From an uncultured Collinsella sp. (lineage in GTDB: Bacteria; Actinomycetota; Coriobacteriia; Coriobacteriales; Coriobacteriaceae): a stretch of DNA of 64,000 nucleotides. Made by a program: the position numbers and the translations under genes. Positions 42,064-51,948 of the stretch are shown here, piece by piece; the stretch's first letter is position 1; each line of letters begins with the position of its first letter. The DNA is taken from positions 5,962 to 69,961 of the forward strand of contig CABUQV010000005.1 of assembly GCA_902493855.1 (NCBI GenBank), written 5' to 3'. The notes beneath the pieces were generated by a model, which worked only from the letters and a program-made list of their open reading frames with translations, made no database searches and had not been told where the DNA came from.

Positions 42064-42315
42064 CTAGGCCTTGTAGGTGTACAGGTTGCCCGTGCTCGCG
42101 TCGATGTAGACCGAACCGACCACGGCAGTACCTGTCGGTGCGCCGGTCCCAGCGGTCACTGAGGTGCCGTCGGCGCCCTTGGGCCCGATCGGGCCAGTCG
42201 GCCCGATCGGGCCGGTCTCCCCTCGCGGCCCCTGGGCCCCTTGCGCTCCCCTGGCGCCGGTATCGCCCTTATCGCCTTTGGGACCCTTCAGCGATCCGAT
42301 GTTAGTCCACGCCAT
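42064..42315 (-). CDS. Small collagen-like tail protein
   Basis: G-X-Y run between MAW..G.LKGP and VYID..TG.LY.Y. Confidence 0.65.
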   Translation of the reverse strand: MAWTNIGSLKGPKGDKGDTGARGAQGAQGPRGETGPIGPTGPIGPKGADGTSVTAGTGAPTGTAVVGSVYIDASTGNLYTYKA

Positions 42316-42330
42316 ATCGCTCCCCCTTCA

Positions 42331-43008
42331 CTAGGCACTCGTACCGTACTGGTAGACCTTAAAGCCGTCTGCCGTATCAATGTAGACGGCTCCCTCCTGC
42401 GACGCTGCCGTAGGAGCCCCTTGGCCGAACGTAATGCCTGGGCCAGCCGGCCCCTGTGCGCCCTTGGGGCCGGTGTCGCCCCTGTCGCCCTTTTCGCCCG
42501 TGGCCCCCTTGTCGCCCTTGGGCCCCTTCATTTCGCCGAGGTCCGTCCACTGCGCATCACCGGTCGCGGCGGTTTTCACCCACATGTGGCCGTTGTCGCT
42601 CGTGACGTAGGTGTCGCCGATGGCGGCATCGGACGGCAGCGCGGACGCGCTGCTCACCGCGCCCTTGACCGTTATGGACGTGCCGTCGGCACCTTTGGGG
42701 CCAGTGTCGCCCGTTTCGCCTTTGGGCCCCTTGAGGCTCACGCCGTTGATGGCGGAACCGACTCGGGCGGCAGACCTGCCCGGATCCACCGCCGAAATGG
42801 GATAGACGCTTCCCTTGGCGTCGAGCACGAGGTCGCCGACCTGCACGCCGTCAGACGGGGAAAGCGCCGAGAATGCGACTTCGCCTTCCGGCGGGATATT
42901 GACGCTCGCCACGCGGACGCTGCCGCCCTTGGGGCCGGCGTTGCCGGTCGCGCCCTTGTCGCCTTTGGGGCCCTTGAGCGTTCCAACTTGGTTCCATGCG
43001 TTAGCCAT
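42331..43008 (-). CDS. Collagen-like tail fibre protein
   Basis: Three G-X-Y tracts; MANAW start overlaps the upstream stop. Confidence 0.7.
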   Translation of the reverse strand: MANAWNQVGTLKGPKGDKGATGNAGPKGGSVRVASVNIPPEGEVAFSALSPSDGVQVGDLVLDAKGSVYPISAVDPGRSAARVGSAINGVSLKGPKGETGDTGPKGADGTSITVKGAVSSASALPSDAAIGDTYVTSDNGHMWVKTAATGDAQWTDLGEMKGPKGDKGATGEKGDRGDTGPKGAQGPAGPGITFGQGAPTAASQEGAVYIDTADGFKVYQYGTSA

Positions 43009-43474
43009 TTGTATCTCCAATCTCGCCGTAGCGATAATAGGTGCCTGTCTCACTGTCGAGATAGAGGTCCCCGACGCGACCACCTATGGCGGGGGTGCCG
43101 CCCCCGACATACCACTTCGTGCCGGGCTCGCCTACGGCCCTCAGCTGCTCTCGCACCCAATCTTCGACATCAGCCCAGGTCTTGACCTCGTCATCGGTGT
43201 AGATGTAGCCGTCCGGCTTGGCCCTCGGGCGCACCTTGAGCACGGCGCGCGCGTGCGTGTCGCGCCCATCGCTCGCCCAAACGGCCATGTCAACGCCTGC
43301 AGTAAGCAGAAGCGAGGGCACCACGGCCTCTCCGCCCACGACCGGGACGACCAATGCGCGTTCCGATCCGGCGACGGCGAAATGTGCCTCCGTCACCCCC
43401 TGCAACGCGATGTGAACGCGCCGACCCGTATCCCATTGGTAAAGGGGCGGGCCGATGAGTTCTATCTGCTTCAT
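43001..43474 (-). CDS. Baseplate/fibre attachment protein
   Basis: LYQWDTGR..RAKPDGYIYT N-terminal domain; ends in GDLYLD..TG.YY.Y. Confidence 0.55.
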   Translation of the reverse strand: MKQIELIGPPLYQWDTGRRVHIALQGVTEAHFAVAGSERALVVPVVGGEAVVPSLLLTAGVDMAVWASDGRDTHARAVLKVRPRAKPDGYIYTDDEVKTWADVEDWVREQLRAVGEPGTKWYVGGGTPAIGGRVGDLYLDSETGTYYRYGEIGDTNG

Positions 43475-43483
43475 AGCAGTCTC

Positions 43484-44470
43484 CTATCTCCCCACCGCAC
43501 CAGGCGATGCGCCATACGTGGCGCTGTAGCCCGACCCCGCGGCCTTTACGATCTTGCTGCTGATCTCGACCGAGACCGTCACGTTTGGCGCATAGTGCCT
43601 GGCCTCGACGATATCGCCGAGGCCGAACTCGACGCCCTCGTTGACCGTCACGGTCACGCTGCCCTCGGACTGTTTGTCCTTGAGTCGGCTGAGTGCCTGA
43701 TCGCGGAGATCGTCGCCCTCGGTGTTGTTGGCGTCGTAGTACTCCTCGAGCTCGAAGACGCCGGCCATCGCCTTCACGGTGCCTACGCCGCCTTCCCGGT
43801 CGGCGTAGACGTCCACGACATCTCTGGCCGCAAGTTCGCCCTTGCCGGCCGCCTTGAGGTGATTGGTGACGAGCAGGTCGCTCTTGAGGTCGAAGTTTAC
43901 GAGATCGGAGTCGACCCTGCCGCGCCAGTCTGTCACCTTCACCGCCTGGAGCCTGCACGATCCGCCCACCCACCTCGCATCGAGGCGAAGGCCTGCGGAG
44001 CGCATCGCCAGCCTAAGGTTGGTCCAAGCGTCGGGTACGTCCCTGTTGCATCGGTAGCTTACGCTCACCCCGGCGTCGGCATCGGGAACCGTGAAGAGGG
44101 AGCCGATGTCGAGCCGTTTAACCGCGGAGCGCAGCACGGCGTTTGCGTCCCCAGAGAGGACAAGGTAGTCCTGGCCCGGATCGGGCCACAGAAGGCGCTT
44201 CTCGAGCACTCCAGTCCAGGTCGACCCGGTCCAGTGCAGCTCGGACGAAGTGCGGCCAGTCTTGAGCTCAAAGCCCTCGACGCGCCCGCCGATCTCCAGG
44301 CCGTCGGCGAAAACACGCCAAGCGGCCTCCGGCAACGGTACGGACGAGTCGCGCACCACGAGATCGAACGAGTTGTCGACGCCGTCGCCCCAGCCCGAGT
44401 CCATATCCAGCTCGAAGTTCGAAATCGGGAAAAGCGTCCTGCCGGCGCTGTCGGAGACTATGAGCTCCAA
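43484..44470 (-). CDS. Baseplate hub / minor tail (Tal-like) protein
   Basis: Follows the distal tail gene; LGDIV motif. Confidence 0.65.
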   Translation of the reverse strand: MELIVSDSAGRTLFPISNFELDMDSGWGDGVDNSFDLVVRDSSVPLPEAAWRVFADGLEIGGRVEGFELKTGRTSSELHWTGSTWTGVLEKRLLWPDPGQDYLVLSGDANAVLRSAVKRLDIGSLFTVPDADAGVSVSYRCNRDVPDAWTNLRLAMRSAGLRLDARWVGGSCRLQAVKVTDWRGRVDSDLVNFDLKSDLLVTNHLKAAGKGELAARDVVDVYADREGGVGTVKAMAGVFELEEYYDANNTEGDDLRDQALSRLKDKQSEGSVTVTVNEGVEFGLGDIVEARHYAPNVTVSVEISSKIVKAAGSGYSATYGASPGAVGR

Positions 44471-45297
44471 GGCGGCTCCCCCTCCTCAAGATAATGGGTC
44501 ATGGTGAAGCCGAACGAGCCGTCCCACGAGACAGAGGACGTGCCCGGCCGCAGCTGCTCGAAGCAGTAGGAGCCGCTTCCCGCGCCCTCTCCGCGCATGC
44601 CGTCGGCGAAGCGGTCCTCGGTCTCACCGTACATGCCGACGAGCTTGATCGTCTTGGGGAAGCTCGAGCCGTCGATGATAAGCCTGGAGCCGCCAGGCAC
44701 TTCAACGTCCGCGGAGTAGACGTTGATGAAGTCCCCCTGCGTCACGGTGATGCGCGGTGACGACGCGGGACCGAAGATCGTGAGCTTAAGGTCGGCAGGC
44801 ACCAGCCCATCGACGGTGACCGACCGGCTTGCGACCGATCCGCCGTAGTCGAACTCGAAGTCATGGGGGAAGTCCAGGCCGGTCTGGTCCTCGTCCTCCC
44901 GGGCGTAGAACTCCTGGGCGACCTCGCGCCGCCAGGATCCGTCGAGCAGCAGCACGGTAAGCGTAGCGGCGATGCCCCGCCTGCCATAAATCTGCGAGGT
45001 CTCGGACTTAGCGATATAGGCGCGCTGGTACCAAACACCGTCGACAACGAGGCGACCGGGCTCGCCGACGGAGATATCCCTGTCCGCGAGCCGCCTGAGC
45101 CTGTCGGCAGCCGCCGAGGACGCCACGGCATCGACCGTCGCCTCCCTCGCGTCTCGCGAGATGCCGTAGGCGCCGCGCCACGAGAGGTCGTAGCTCCACT
45201 CGCGCGAGCGCACGCCCGCAGCGGTGCCGACGAAGACGCCGTTGCCATCGAGGTCGACGCTCTCGCCCGATGACGACACGTAGTGCATTCTATGCAT
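44458..45297 (-). CDS. Distal tail protein
   Basis: Directly after tape measure; DFPHDFEFDY and IFGPASSP motifs. Confidence 0.65.
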   Translation of the reverse strand: MHRMHYVSSSGESVDLDGNGVFVGTAAGVRSREWSYDLSWRGAYGISRDAREATVDAVASSAAADRLRRLADRDISVGEPGRLVVDGVWYQRAYIAKSETSQIYGRRGIAATLTVLLLDGSWRREVAQEFYAREDEDQTGLDFPHDFEFDYGGSVASRSVTVDGLVPADLKLTIFGPASSPRITVTQGDFINVYSADVEVPGGSRLIIDGSSFPKTIKLVGMYGETEDRFADGMRGEGAGSGSYCFEQLRPGTSSVSWDGSFGFTMTHYLEEGEPPWSS

Positions 45298-48200
45298 GTG
45301 CCACCGCCCTGATGTGTCTGTCGAGGTCGCGCTCGAGCGTGACCGGCGTGTACTCCCGGATGATTGTCGGAAGGTTTCGGTCGAGCCACGCGATGACCGC
45401 AGCGCCGTCCGAGCCGCCGCCGACATCCATCGTCTGGGCGACCCCCCTGCCGATCCCGCCCAGCACCTTAGGGCTCAGCGGGATGGCCGCCTCGTCGTAT
45501 CGCCGGTTGTCGCCGATTCCGATGACGCGCGGGCTGTTCGGTCCGAAGACCGCGCCGCCGGCGTACCAGTTAACGTTGACCGACGGGACCGAACCCGTCT
45601 GTGCGTCGAACTTGCCGCTCATCGAGAAGTGCGGCAGCGGTCCCACGTTGATGCGCGGAAGCGTGAGCCGCATCGATCCGACCTCGGCCGACATCTGCCG
45701 GCAGGCCCCCATGATCGCAGAGCGGGCGGCACTTGCCGCATCCCTGGCGGAAGCCGAGAAGCGGTTGAAGGACGCGCCCGAGCGGACGCCGAACGAGACT
45801 GCGGACGCCGACGCCGACGCCATGCTCGCCGCGACCATGGAGGCCACTGCTGCCACGGAGACGGAAAGCAGCAGGGCCGACGCCGAGGCCGCCCCGCAGG
45901 AGGCGGAGAAAGATGCCAGAGACGGCGGCGCGGCGGCAAGGGCGGGAGCGGCGGCCGCCGCCGCAGCGGCAAGCGCACCAAGGCCGGCTGCGGCACCGGG
46001 GGCGCCGGAGGATATCTTGGGAATCGCCTTCCCCATGGTTCCGAGCCCGTCAGCCGAGGTCGAAATGGAAGCGGCTGCGCCCGCCATGGCGACGTCGAGC
46101 GCAGCCATTCCAAGAGCGAGGGCGGCGGTCGCAAGTGATGCAGCCGTGGCGCCGACGGCGAGCACCGCCAGACCCGCGCCCGCGGCGAGAGAGCCCACGC
46201 CGAGCACGTTGAGGCCGGCGCCGCCGACCATGGCGGCGGCGCCCAGGGCCGTGGCGGCGACCGCGAGCGGCATGGCGAGCGCGGAGCAGGTCGACAGGCC
46301 AGCGCCCGCCAAGAGACCGCCAGCTCCCATGACAATAAGGCCGACGCCCGCGACGATGGCGGCCATGCCGAGGGCCGCGGAGGCGACCGCACATGCCGCT
46401 GCCCCGGCGGCGAGCGCCAGCAGCCCTCCCGACGCCGTGAGGGCACCGGGGGCCAGCACGAACAGGGAGGCTCCGAGCGCGGCCATGCCGACGGCGGCCT
46501 CGGGGCCGCAGGCGGCGATGGTCGGCAGCGCGAGTGACATAATCGCGAGGCCGGTGGCTGCGAGCAGGATGCCCACGCCGGCGAGCGCGACGGCGGCGCC
46601 GAAGGCGACCATGCCGACGGAGCCGGCAGTCAGGGCGGGCCCGAGCGCGGCGGCGCCAAGCGCCAGCCCGGCGATGACCGTCACCATTGCTGCCATGCCG
46701 ATTGCGGCCTGAGGCCCCGCCTCGCCGAGCTTTATCGCGGAGAGGGCGAGAAGGCCGATGCCGCCGCACGCCAGCAGAACGCCGGCTCCAACCATGAGGA
46801 CGGCCGCGCCGAAGGATGTCATCTTACCGGCCGCCGCGCCCGCGGCTGTGCCGGCGGCGGTCTCGCCCGCAGCCGTGGTGGCAAGACCTGCACCGGCGGC
46901 GGGTGCCGATGCCCCGAGGGACAGCAGGGCGCCGCCGATGACCTTCAGGAGCGAGCCCACAGGGCCGCCGGCGACTTTCATGACGAGGAAGGCGCCGCCG
47001 ACGCCCTTGACGACCGGGGCAACCTCCTCGGAATGCTCGGAAACCCATTGGAATGCGTCGCCCACCGAGCGGATGACCGGCTCGGCGGCCTCGAAGGCGT
47101 CGTCAAGGGCGTTTGCGGCATCTGCCGCGCCCTCGGCGGGACTCGACCACCCGGTGATCTGCGATACGGTCGACCATATGGCGTCGCCCGTGGAGGACGC
47201 CGTGTAACCGAGCGCGTCAAGTGTTCCCGCGAAAGATGAAGCCGCCTCGTTGTTGAGCAGCGTCTCGCAGAAAGCGGAGGTCATCTCCACTGCGCCGGCG
47301 AACGCGTCCCCGACCACCGAGACCCCGCCCGCGACAACGCCGGAGAACACGGCGGCGAACGACGACGCCGCGTCCCGGATGCTCGGGTCGGCCATCGCGT
47401 CGGTGACGGCTCCGAACGCGCCGTTCACCGTGCCCTTCACGCCGTCGATGACGCCGACGATGTTGGACGAGCCGATGGCGCCGATAATCTTGGCGACGCC
47501 CTTTGGGAAGGCGTTGCACATGTTGGAAAACGACGTCTTGATGCCGCCCGTCGCGGCCTTTGCCTGCTCGGAGAAGCTCGTGATGCCGTCCGCGCCGTTC
47601 TTGTCGAGGTCGACCACTGCGTCGGCGAAATCCGAGACCGTGACCCTGCCGTCCTTCATGGCCTGGTAGAGGTCGGATGCCGATGCGCTCTGCCCGAGCA
47701 TGGACTTCGCCACCTGGTCGAGCTGGCCAGGCATCGCCTGCTGGATGCTCATCCAGGTGTCCATCTCCATCTTGTTGGTGGAGACGGCCTTGGTGAGCTG
47801 CGTCATGGCGTTGGACTGGATGTCCTCGGACGCGCCGCCGGCGAGGACGGCATCGTTGAATGCGAGGTAGCGGTCGGTCGCCTGGTCGATCGACTTGGAC
47901 GACGGCGCGAGCTGCTGCACGCCCGTCGCGGCCGCGTCGAGCCTCGTGGGGAGCTCCGACAGCCTGTCGGACAGGGTGTCGATGCTCCTCTGCGACTCGT
48001 CGGCCCCGTAGCCGAGCGACTGGAGCACCTTGGGGAAGTTGTTGAGCGTGTCGACGCGCGCGACCGCGGCGTCCACGCTCGAGGACACCGTCGAGACGAC
48101 CCTCTGCACCACGCCGACAACGGCGCCGGTGATGACCGCGGCCTTGGCGGAGAAGCCCGATGCGACCCTGCTCGCCATGTTCCCGCCCGCCGTGGTTCCG

Positions 48201-48922
48201 GCAGACCCGAATGCGCTCGAGAGCGACGACAGCGTGCTCCCCGCCGAGGAGAGGACGCCGCCGCCGATGGTGGCGATCTTCGCCATGAATCGGCCGGTAG
48301 CCTTCTCCCCCGCGGACAGCCTGTCGGTGAGCGTCCCGGCGCTTCCGCCGAGCTTTCCGAGTGCAGACACGGGTGCGGAGGTCGCGCTCGCCAGCCGCTT
48401 CTGCGCCGAGGCGAGTTTGGACTCGGCCGCCTGGGCACGCTCAGACGCCGTCTGCGCCCTGAGCTTGGCGGTGACGAGGCTGCTCTCGGCGCTTAAGGCC
48501 CTTGCGGATGCCGGGCCGTACTTGGCAACGGCATCGTTGTACTTGACCTGGGCCGCCTCCGCCGACAATGAGGCCGACTTCGAGGTCGCCATCGCCGAGC
48601 GAAGCTCGAGCGTGGCGGATTTGACCTTGTTCTGGAGCCCCTCGACGGCGTTCGCGCTCGCCGCGCTGGAGAAGGCGGAGGAGAATGCGGCGCCGGTCGC
48701 CTTGCCGGTCGCGGAGAATTTACCAGTCGCGCCGGAGAGCGCAGAGGAGACCCTAGCGACCAGGCCGCTGCCGCCAGACTTGCCCGCCGCCGCGGAGAAG
48801 ACCCTTCCGAAGCGCGACCCCGAGGAGGATCCCGCCCCGGACAGGTCCTTGTCAACCTGGGAGGCGAAGCCAGCCATGGACGGCATTACCTTTACGGATA
48901 CGGATCCGACGTCTGTGGACAT
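45290..48922 (-). CDS. Tape measure protein
   Basis: 1210 aa, Ala/Gly-rich; RVDTLNNFPKV tape-measure domain; WYA.G C-terminus. Confidence 0.9.
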   Translation of the reverse strand: MSTDVGSVSVKVMPSMAGFASQVDKDLSGAGSSSGSRFGRVFSAAAGKSGGSGLVARVSSALSGATGKFSATGKATGAAFSSAFSSAASANAVEGLQNKVKSATLELRSAMATSKSASLSAEAAQVKYNDAVAKYGPASARALSAESSLVTAKLRAQTASERAQAAESKLASAQKRLASATSAPVSALGKLGGSAGTLTDRLSAGEKATGRFMAKIATIGGGVLSSAGSTLSSLSSAFGSAGTTAGGNMASRVASGFSAKAAVITGAVVGVVQRVVSTVSSSVDAAVARVDTLNNFPKVLQSLGYGADESQRSIDTLSDRLSELPTRLDAAATGVQQLAPSSKSIDQATDRYLAFNDAVLAGGASEDIQSNAMTQLTKAVSTNKMEMDTWMSIQQAMPGQLDQVAKSMLGQSASASDLYQAMKDGRVTVSDFADAVVDLDKNGADGITSFSEQAKAATGGIKTSFSNMCNAFPKGVAKIIGAIGSSNIVGVIDGVKGTVNGAFGAVTDAMADPSIRDAASSFAAVFSGVVAGGVSVVGDAFAGAVEMTSAFCETLLNNEAASSFAGTLDALGYTASSTGDAIWSTVSQITGWSSPAEGAADAANALDDAFEAAEPVIRSVGDAFQWVSEHSEEVAPVVKGVGGAFLVMKVAGGPVGSLLKVIGGALLSLGASAPAAGAGLATTAAGETAAGTAAGAAAGKMTSFGAAVLMVGAGVLLACGGIGLLALSAIKLGEAGPQAAIGMAAMVTVIAGLALGAAALGPALTAGSVGMVAFGAAVALAGVGILLAATGLAIMSLALPTIAACGPEAAVGMAALGASLFVLAPGALTASGGLLALAAGAAACAVASAALGMAAIVAGVGLIVMGAGGLLAGAGLSTCSALAMPLAVAATALGAAAMVGGAGLNVLGVGSLAAGAGLAVLAVGATAASLATAALALGMAALDVAMAGAAASISTSADGLGTMGKAIPKISSGAPGAAAGLGALAAAAAAAAPALAAAPPSLASFSASCGAASASALLLSVSVAAVASMVAASMASASASAVSFGVRSGASFNRFSASARDAASAARSAIMGACRQMSAEVGSMRLTLPRINVGPLPHFSMSGKFDAQTGSVPSVNVNWYAGGAVFGPNSPRVIGIGDNRRYDEAAIPLSPKVLGGIGRGVAQTMDVGGGSDGAAVIAWLDRNLPTIIREYTPVTLERDLDRHIRAVAHA

Positions 48923-48931
48923 GGCGCCTCC

Positions 48932-49339
48932 TTATACATCGATTCCAAACGACGAAGATATCTCGTACTTCGCCGCCAGCGCCGAGTCCCTGCGGCGCTC
49001 GTTCCTGGCTCGCTCGCCCGGCGATAAGATCCGCTGCGGGGCGTTGACGCGCTTTTTGGCATCCTCGGTGAACCCGTAGTGGAAGCACCTGAGCTCGTGC
49101 TCGATCATGTCGAGCAGGCGCGTCTTGTCGTCCCACAGGTTGTCGGGCTCAAGGCGAACGGAGACCCGCGAGCGCGCCGGCAGCTGGGAGTAGAGGACCT
49201 GCCAGCGGCAAAGGTCCTCGTCCGTCGCCCCGTCGAACCCGCCGCCGAGGGGAAGGTCGATGCCGTACGTCTGACGGAAGTCGGCGACGACCTCTCCCCT
49301 CATGCAGGTCCAGGCGGCGGCGAAGCTGGCTAGTTTTTT
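48932..49339 (-). CDS. Tail assembly chaperone, -1 frameshift extension
   Basis: Frame entered at A AAA AAC (49333-49339); ADFRQTYGIDL motif. Confidence 0.75.
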   Translation of the reverse strand, partial: KKLASFAAAWTCMRGEVVADFRQTYGIDLPLGGGFDGATDEDLCRWQVLYSQLPARSRVSVRLEPDNLWDDKTRLLDMIEHELRCFHYGFTEDAKKRVNAPQRILSPGERARNERRRDSALAAKYEISSSFGIDV

Positions 49340-49608
49340 GCCGCGGCCTCCATGGCGGCCTGGAAGAACGCGCCCCAGCGCTCCGCCGAGCAGTCCTGCC
49401 CGTCTTCGCCGAGCTCGTCCATGTACTCGACGGTCTTGCCGTCGAAGATCTCGTCCATCGCATCCCACACCTCGTGCATCTTCTCGGGGATGCCGTCGTA
49501 GGCCATGGCGCGCTGCACCTTCATGGACTGGATGGCCTTCTTGTTGATCTGATACTTCTTGCCGTCGAACTCGAACTCGAGCGCGCCCTCGGGGCGCTTG
49601 GCCGCCAT
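49330..49608 (-). CDS. Tail assembly chaperone
   Basis: TAATG overlap with the major tail stop; ends ...AAAKN*. Confidence 0.75.
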   Translation of the reverse strand: MAAKRPEGALEFEFDGKKYQINKKAIQSMKVQRAMAYDGIPEKMHEVWDAMDEIFDGKTVEYMDELGEDGQDCSAERWGAFFQAAMEAAAKN

Positions 49609-50195
49609 TAGGCCGCCACCGTCTCGGTCGACTCGATGTAGTCGTAGCAGGTATTGCCGTTCTCGTCGGTGAGGTACTTCATCGTCAGGGCGCGCTGGCA
49701 GAGCTCGGAGCTGGAGATGGTGAGGTCGTCGAGCTCGGAGGACTGGCCGCGCGGCACGACCTTGGTCCACTTGCGGCCGTTCTTCAGGAGGAGGAGCAGC
49801 ACGTAGGCGAAGGTCGGATGGGAGTCGGAATTGTGCTTGACGGTGATCAGGCCGCCCGCGTCGGTGACGTTGCCGTCGCCGTACTGGCGCTTGAGCGTCT
49901 CCGCCTTGATCTCGGCGAACGTGAGCTGTGCGGACTCCACTCGGTTGGAATTGCTGGAGTCCATGAGGTCGCCGTTCATGTCGACCGTGTCGTTGGAGTC
50001 CTCGGAGACGGACTCGACGTAGCCGTCCTCGGAGATAAAACCGAGGCACTTGAATGCGGGATCGAGCTCGCTCTTGTTCTTGATGACCTTGCCCGGCAGG
50101 GTGGTGCCGGTGGGGGCCGAGAAGATGTAGCCGCCCTTCACGCCCTTTCCGGCGCTGACGTTGTTGGAGTCGTTCGCATTGCTGACTTTGGCCAT
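49608..50195 (-). CDS. Major tail (tube) protein
   Basis: AP.GT.LP, LGFISEDG; position in the module. Confidence 0.8.
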   Translation of the reverse strand: MAKVSNANDSNNVSAGKGVKGGYIFSAPTGTTLPGKVIKNKSELDPAFKCLGFISEDGYVESVSEDSNDTVDMNGDLMDSSNSNRVESAQLTFAEIKAETLKRQYGDGNVTDAGGLITVKHNSDSHPTFAYVLLLLLKNGRKWTKVVPRGQSSELDDLTISSSELCQRALTMKYLTDENGNTCYDYIESTETVAA

Positions 50196-50212
50196 TCGCG
50201 CGTTCCTTTCTA

Positions 50213-50566
50213 CTACTCGCAGATCCAGAGCTGGACCTGCACCACGTACCTCGCCCTGCGCGTGTCAGGGTCGGGCATCTTGTATTGGTTCGTGACCTCC
50301 GGGTGGAAGACGTTGGGAAGCTCGTCCTCCAGGGACGGGACGGCCGCCTTCACCTTCTCGGCGAGGGCTTTCGCCAGCTTCCTGCCGCCCTTGCCCTCGG
50401 TCCCCCAGCAGTCGATATCGAGTTGGACCGGCTCCAGGAAGCCGCCGCCCCCTCCGACCTGCTCGACGGTGACGTACGGCTCCGGGTGCCCGGCGACCGG
50501 CTCGAGCGTCGCGTCGGCGCCGGCAAGTTCGCACAGGCACCTCGCGACATCGGCCTCTATATCCAT
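50213..50566 (-). CDS. Tail completion/terminator protein
   Basis: VTVEQVGG, PDPDT..RY; position. Confidence 0.6.
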   Translation of the reverse strand: MDIEADVARCLCELAGADATLEPVAGHPEPYVTVEQVGGGGGFLEPVQLDIDCWGTEGKGGRKLAKALAEKVKAAVPSLEDELPNVFHPEVTNQYKMPDPDTRRARYVVQVQLWICE

Positions 50567-50568
50567 GA

Positions 50569-50862
50569 TCAACCTCCGGACGAGAGCGCCGCCCTCGTCA
50601 GTATCTTGTGTTTCGCCTGGGCGTGTTTGGCATGCTCCGAGCATGCGCTGACCCGAAAGCCCTTGGCGAGCGTGCCCTGGCAGCGGCTAACCCTGAAGGC
50701 CGGGACGTCGTGGCCGTCCGGCGCGAGCATCGACGTCGCGCGGGCGGCGATGCCCTCGGCCTTGCCCCTGAGCATCCCCTGGAGCGCGGCGTTGCCGTCC
50801 ATCGCCTCGGCGTACCCGAGGCGGCTCCATTTGAACTTCCCCCAGCTGTACTCCTTAGCCAT
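50569..50862 (-). CDS. Head-tail joining protein
   Basis: Size and position. Confidence 0.5.
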   Translation of the reverse strand: MAKEYSWGKFKWSRLGYAEAMDGNAALQGMLRGKAEGIAARATSMLAPDGHDVPAFRVSRCQGTLAKGFRVSACSEHAKHAQAKHKILTRAALSSGG

Positions 50863-51202
50863 CGGCCGCCTCCAGCTCGATCGGGTAGCACCAGCGTCCC
50901 GGGCACGCCTCGGGGGCGTAGGGCCTCGGGTCGCCCACGACGCGCAGCTCCTCGCCGCGCACGCGGACCGAGCAGCCCTTGAGGCGGATGCCGGCCATGT
51001 CCCTCGGGAGATGCACCGTGTATGCCACGGTGGCGCCCTCCGGCCGCGAGGCGTCGAGGTCCGCGGTGGCGCCGGGCGCCACGACGGCGTCGACGTCGCG
51101 CTCGGCGACCGCCTCGGAGACGGGCTCGTGGAGGTCGTCGTACACCGTCTTGCGGGAGATGACCGTGACCGTCTCGGTCGGTATCCCCGTCATCGGCATC
51201 AC
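50855..51202 (-). CDS. Head closure protein
   Basis: V.VRGE...VVGDP motif; position. Confidence 0.55.
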   Translation of the reverse strand: MMPMTGIPTETVTVISRKTVYDDLHEPVSEAVAERDVDAVVAPGATADLDASRPEGATVAYTVHLPRDMAGIRLKGCSVRVRGEELRVVGDPRPYAPEACPGRWCYPIELEAADG

Positions 51203-51603
51203 GCCTCCTCCCAGCGGTCAGCGGCGGTCATGGGCTGGATACTGCGCACGCGGCACCCGGCCAGACCGAGCCGCTTGAGGTCGGAGCGCCCCAGGTAGAG
51301 GTCTCCGGTCGGGTTGGCGAACGTGACGCTCGACGAGTACGGGCCGGTCGTCTGCGTCTGCTGGGTGATGCCGGCCATGGCGCCGGGCGCGTTGACCGCC
51401 CGGGCGACCATGGCCACGCAGACGGACTTCACGTTCTCATCGAACGTGGGATTCGAGCCGGCGAGGTACTGGACACCCATACGGCGCCGATATGCCCCGC
51501 GCAGGTACGCCGAGGCATCCTCGAGCAGCGCGGCAACCCTGGCCTCGTCCTCGGCGGCACCGCAGCGCGCCTCGTAGTCGGCAACTGTGGCGAAGGCGCC
51601 CAC
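51199..51603 (-). CDS. Head-tail adaptor protein
   Basis: FATV.D, T.GPYS.S.TFANP.GDLYL. Confidence 0.7.
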   Translation of the reverse strand: MGAFATVADYEARCGAAEDEARVAALLEDASAYLRGAYRRRMGVQYLAGSNPTFDENVKSVCVAMVARAVNAPGAMAGITQQTQTTGPYSSSVTFANPTGDLYLGRSDLKRLGLAGCRVRSIQPMTAADRWEEA

Positions 51604-51929
51604 TAGAGCGTCTCCAGGATGGCGATGAGCTCCGCCTTGGTCGCCTTGCGCGGGGCGAAGCCGTTGGCGGTCTCGATGGCATCGCGCAGCTGTTGCACGG
51701 TCATCTCGGGTGAAGGCTTCTCGTGCACGGGTTGCTCGGGTTCGTCGTCCACGACGTCCTCGTCCTCGGCGGGCTCCGCAGCGGCCTCCGTCTCGGCGGG
51801 CGGGAGGTCGACGTAGCCGCCGGCGGACAGCTCCGCGAAGCGCTCGTCGGTCAGCTCAACCTCCTCCCCCACGAGATGCACCGCGAGGGTCTCGCGGTCA
51901 CGGTACGGGTAGGTGACCAAAGCGATCAT
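51603..51929 (-). CDS. Hypothetical head-associated protein
   Basis: MTV.QLR..KATKAELI helical motif; follows the capsid gene. Confidence 0.5.
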   Translation of the reverse strand: MIALVTYPYRDRETLAVHLVGEEVELTDERFAELSAGGYVDLPPAETEAAAEPAEDEDVVDDEPEQPVHEKPSPEMTVQQLRDAIETANGFAPRKATKAELIAILETL

Positions 51930-51948
51930 GGATGCTCCTTAGGGTTGC

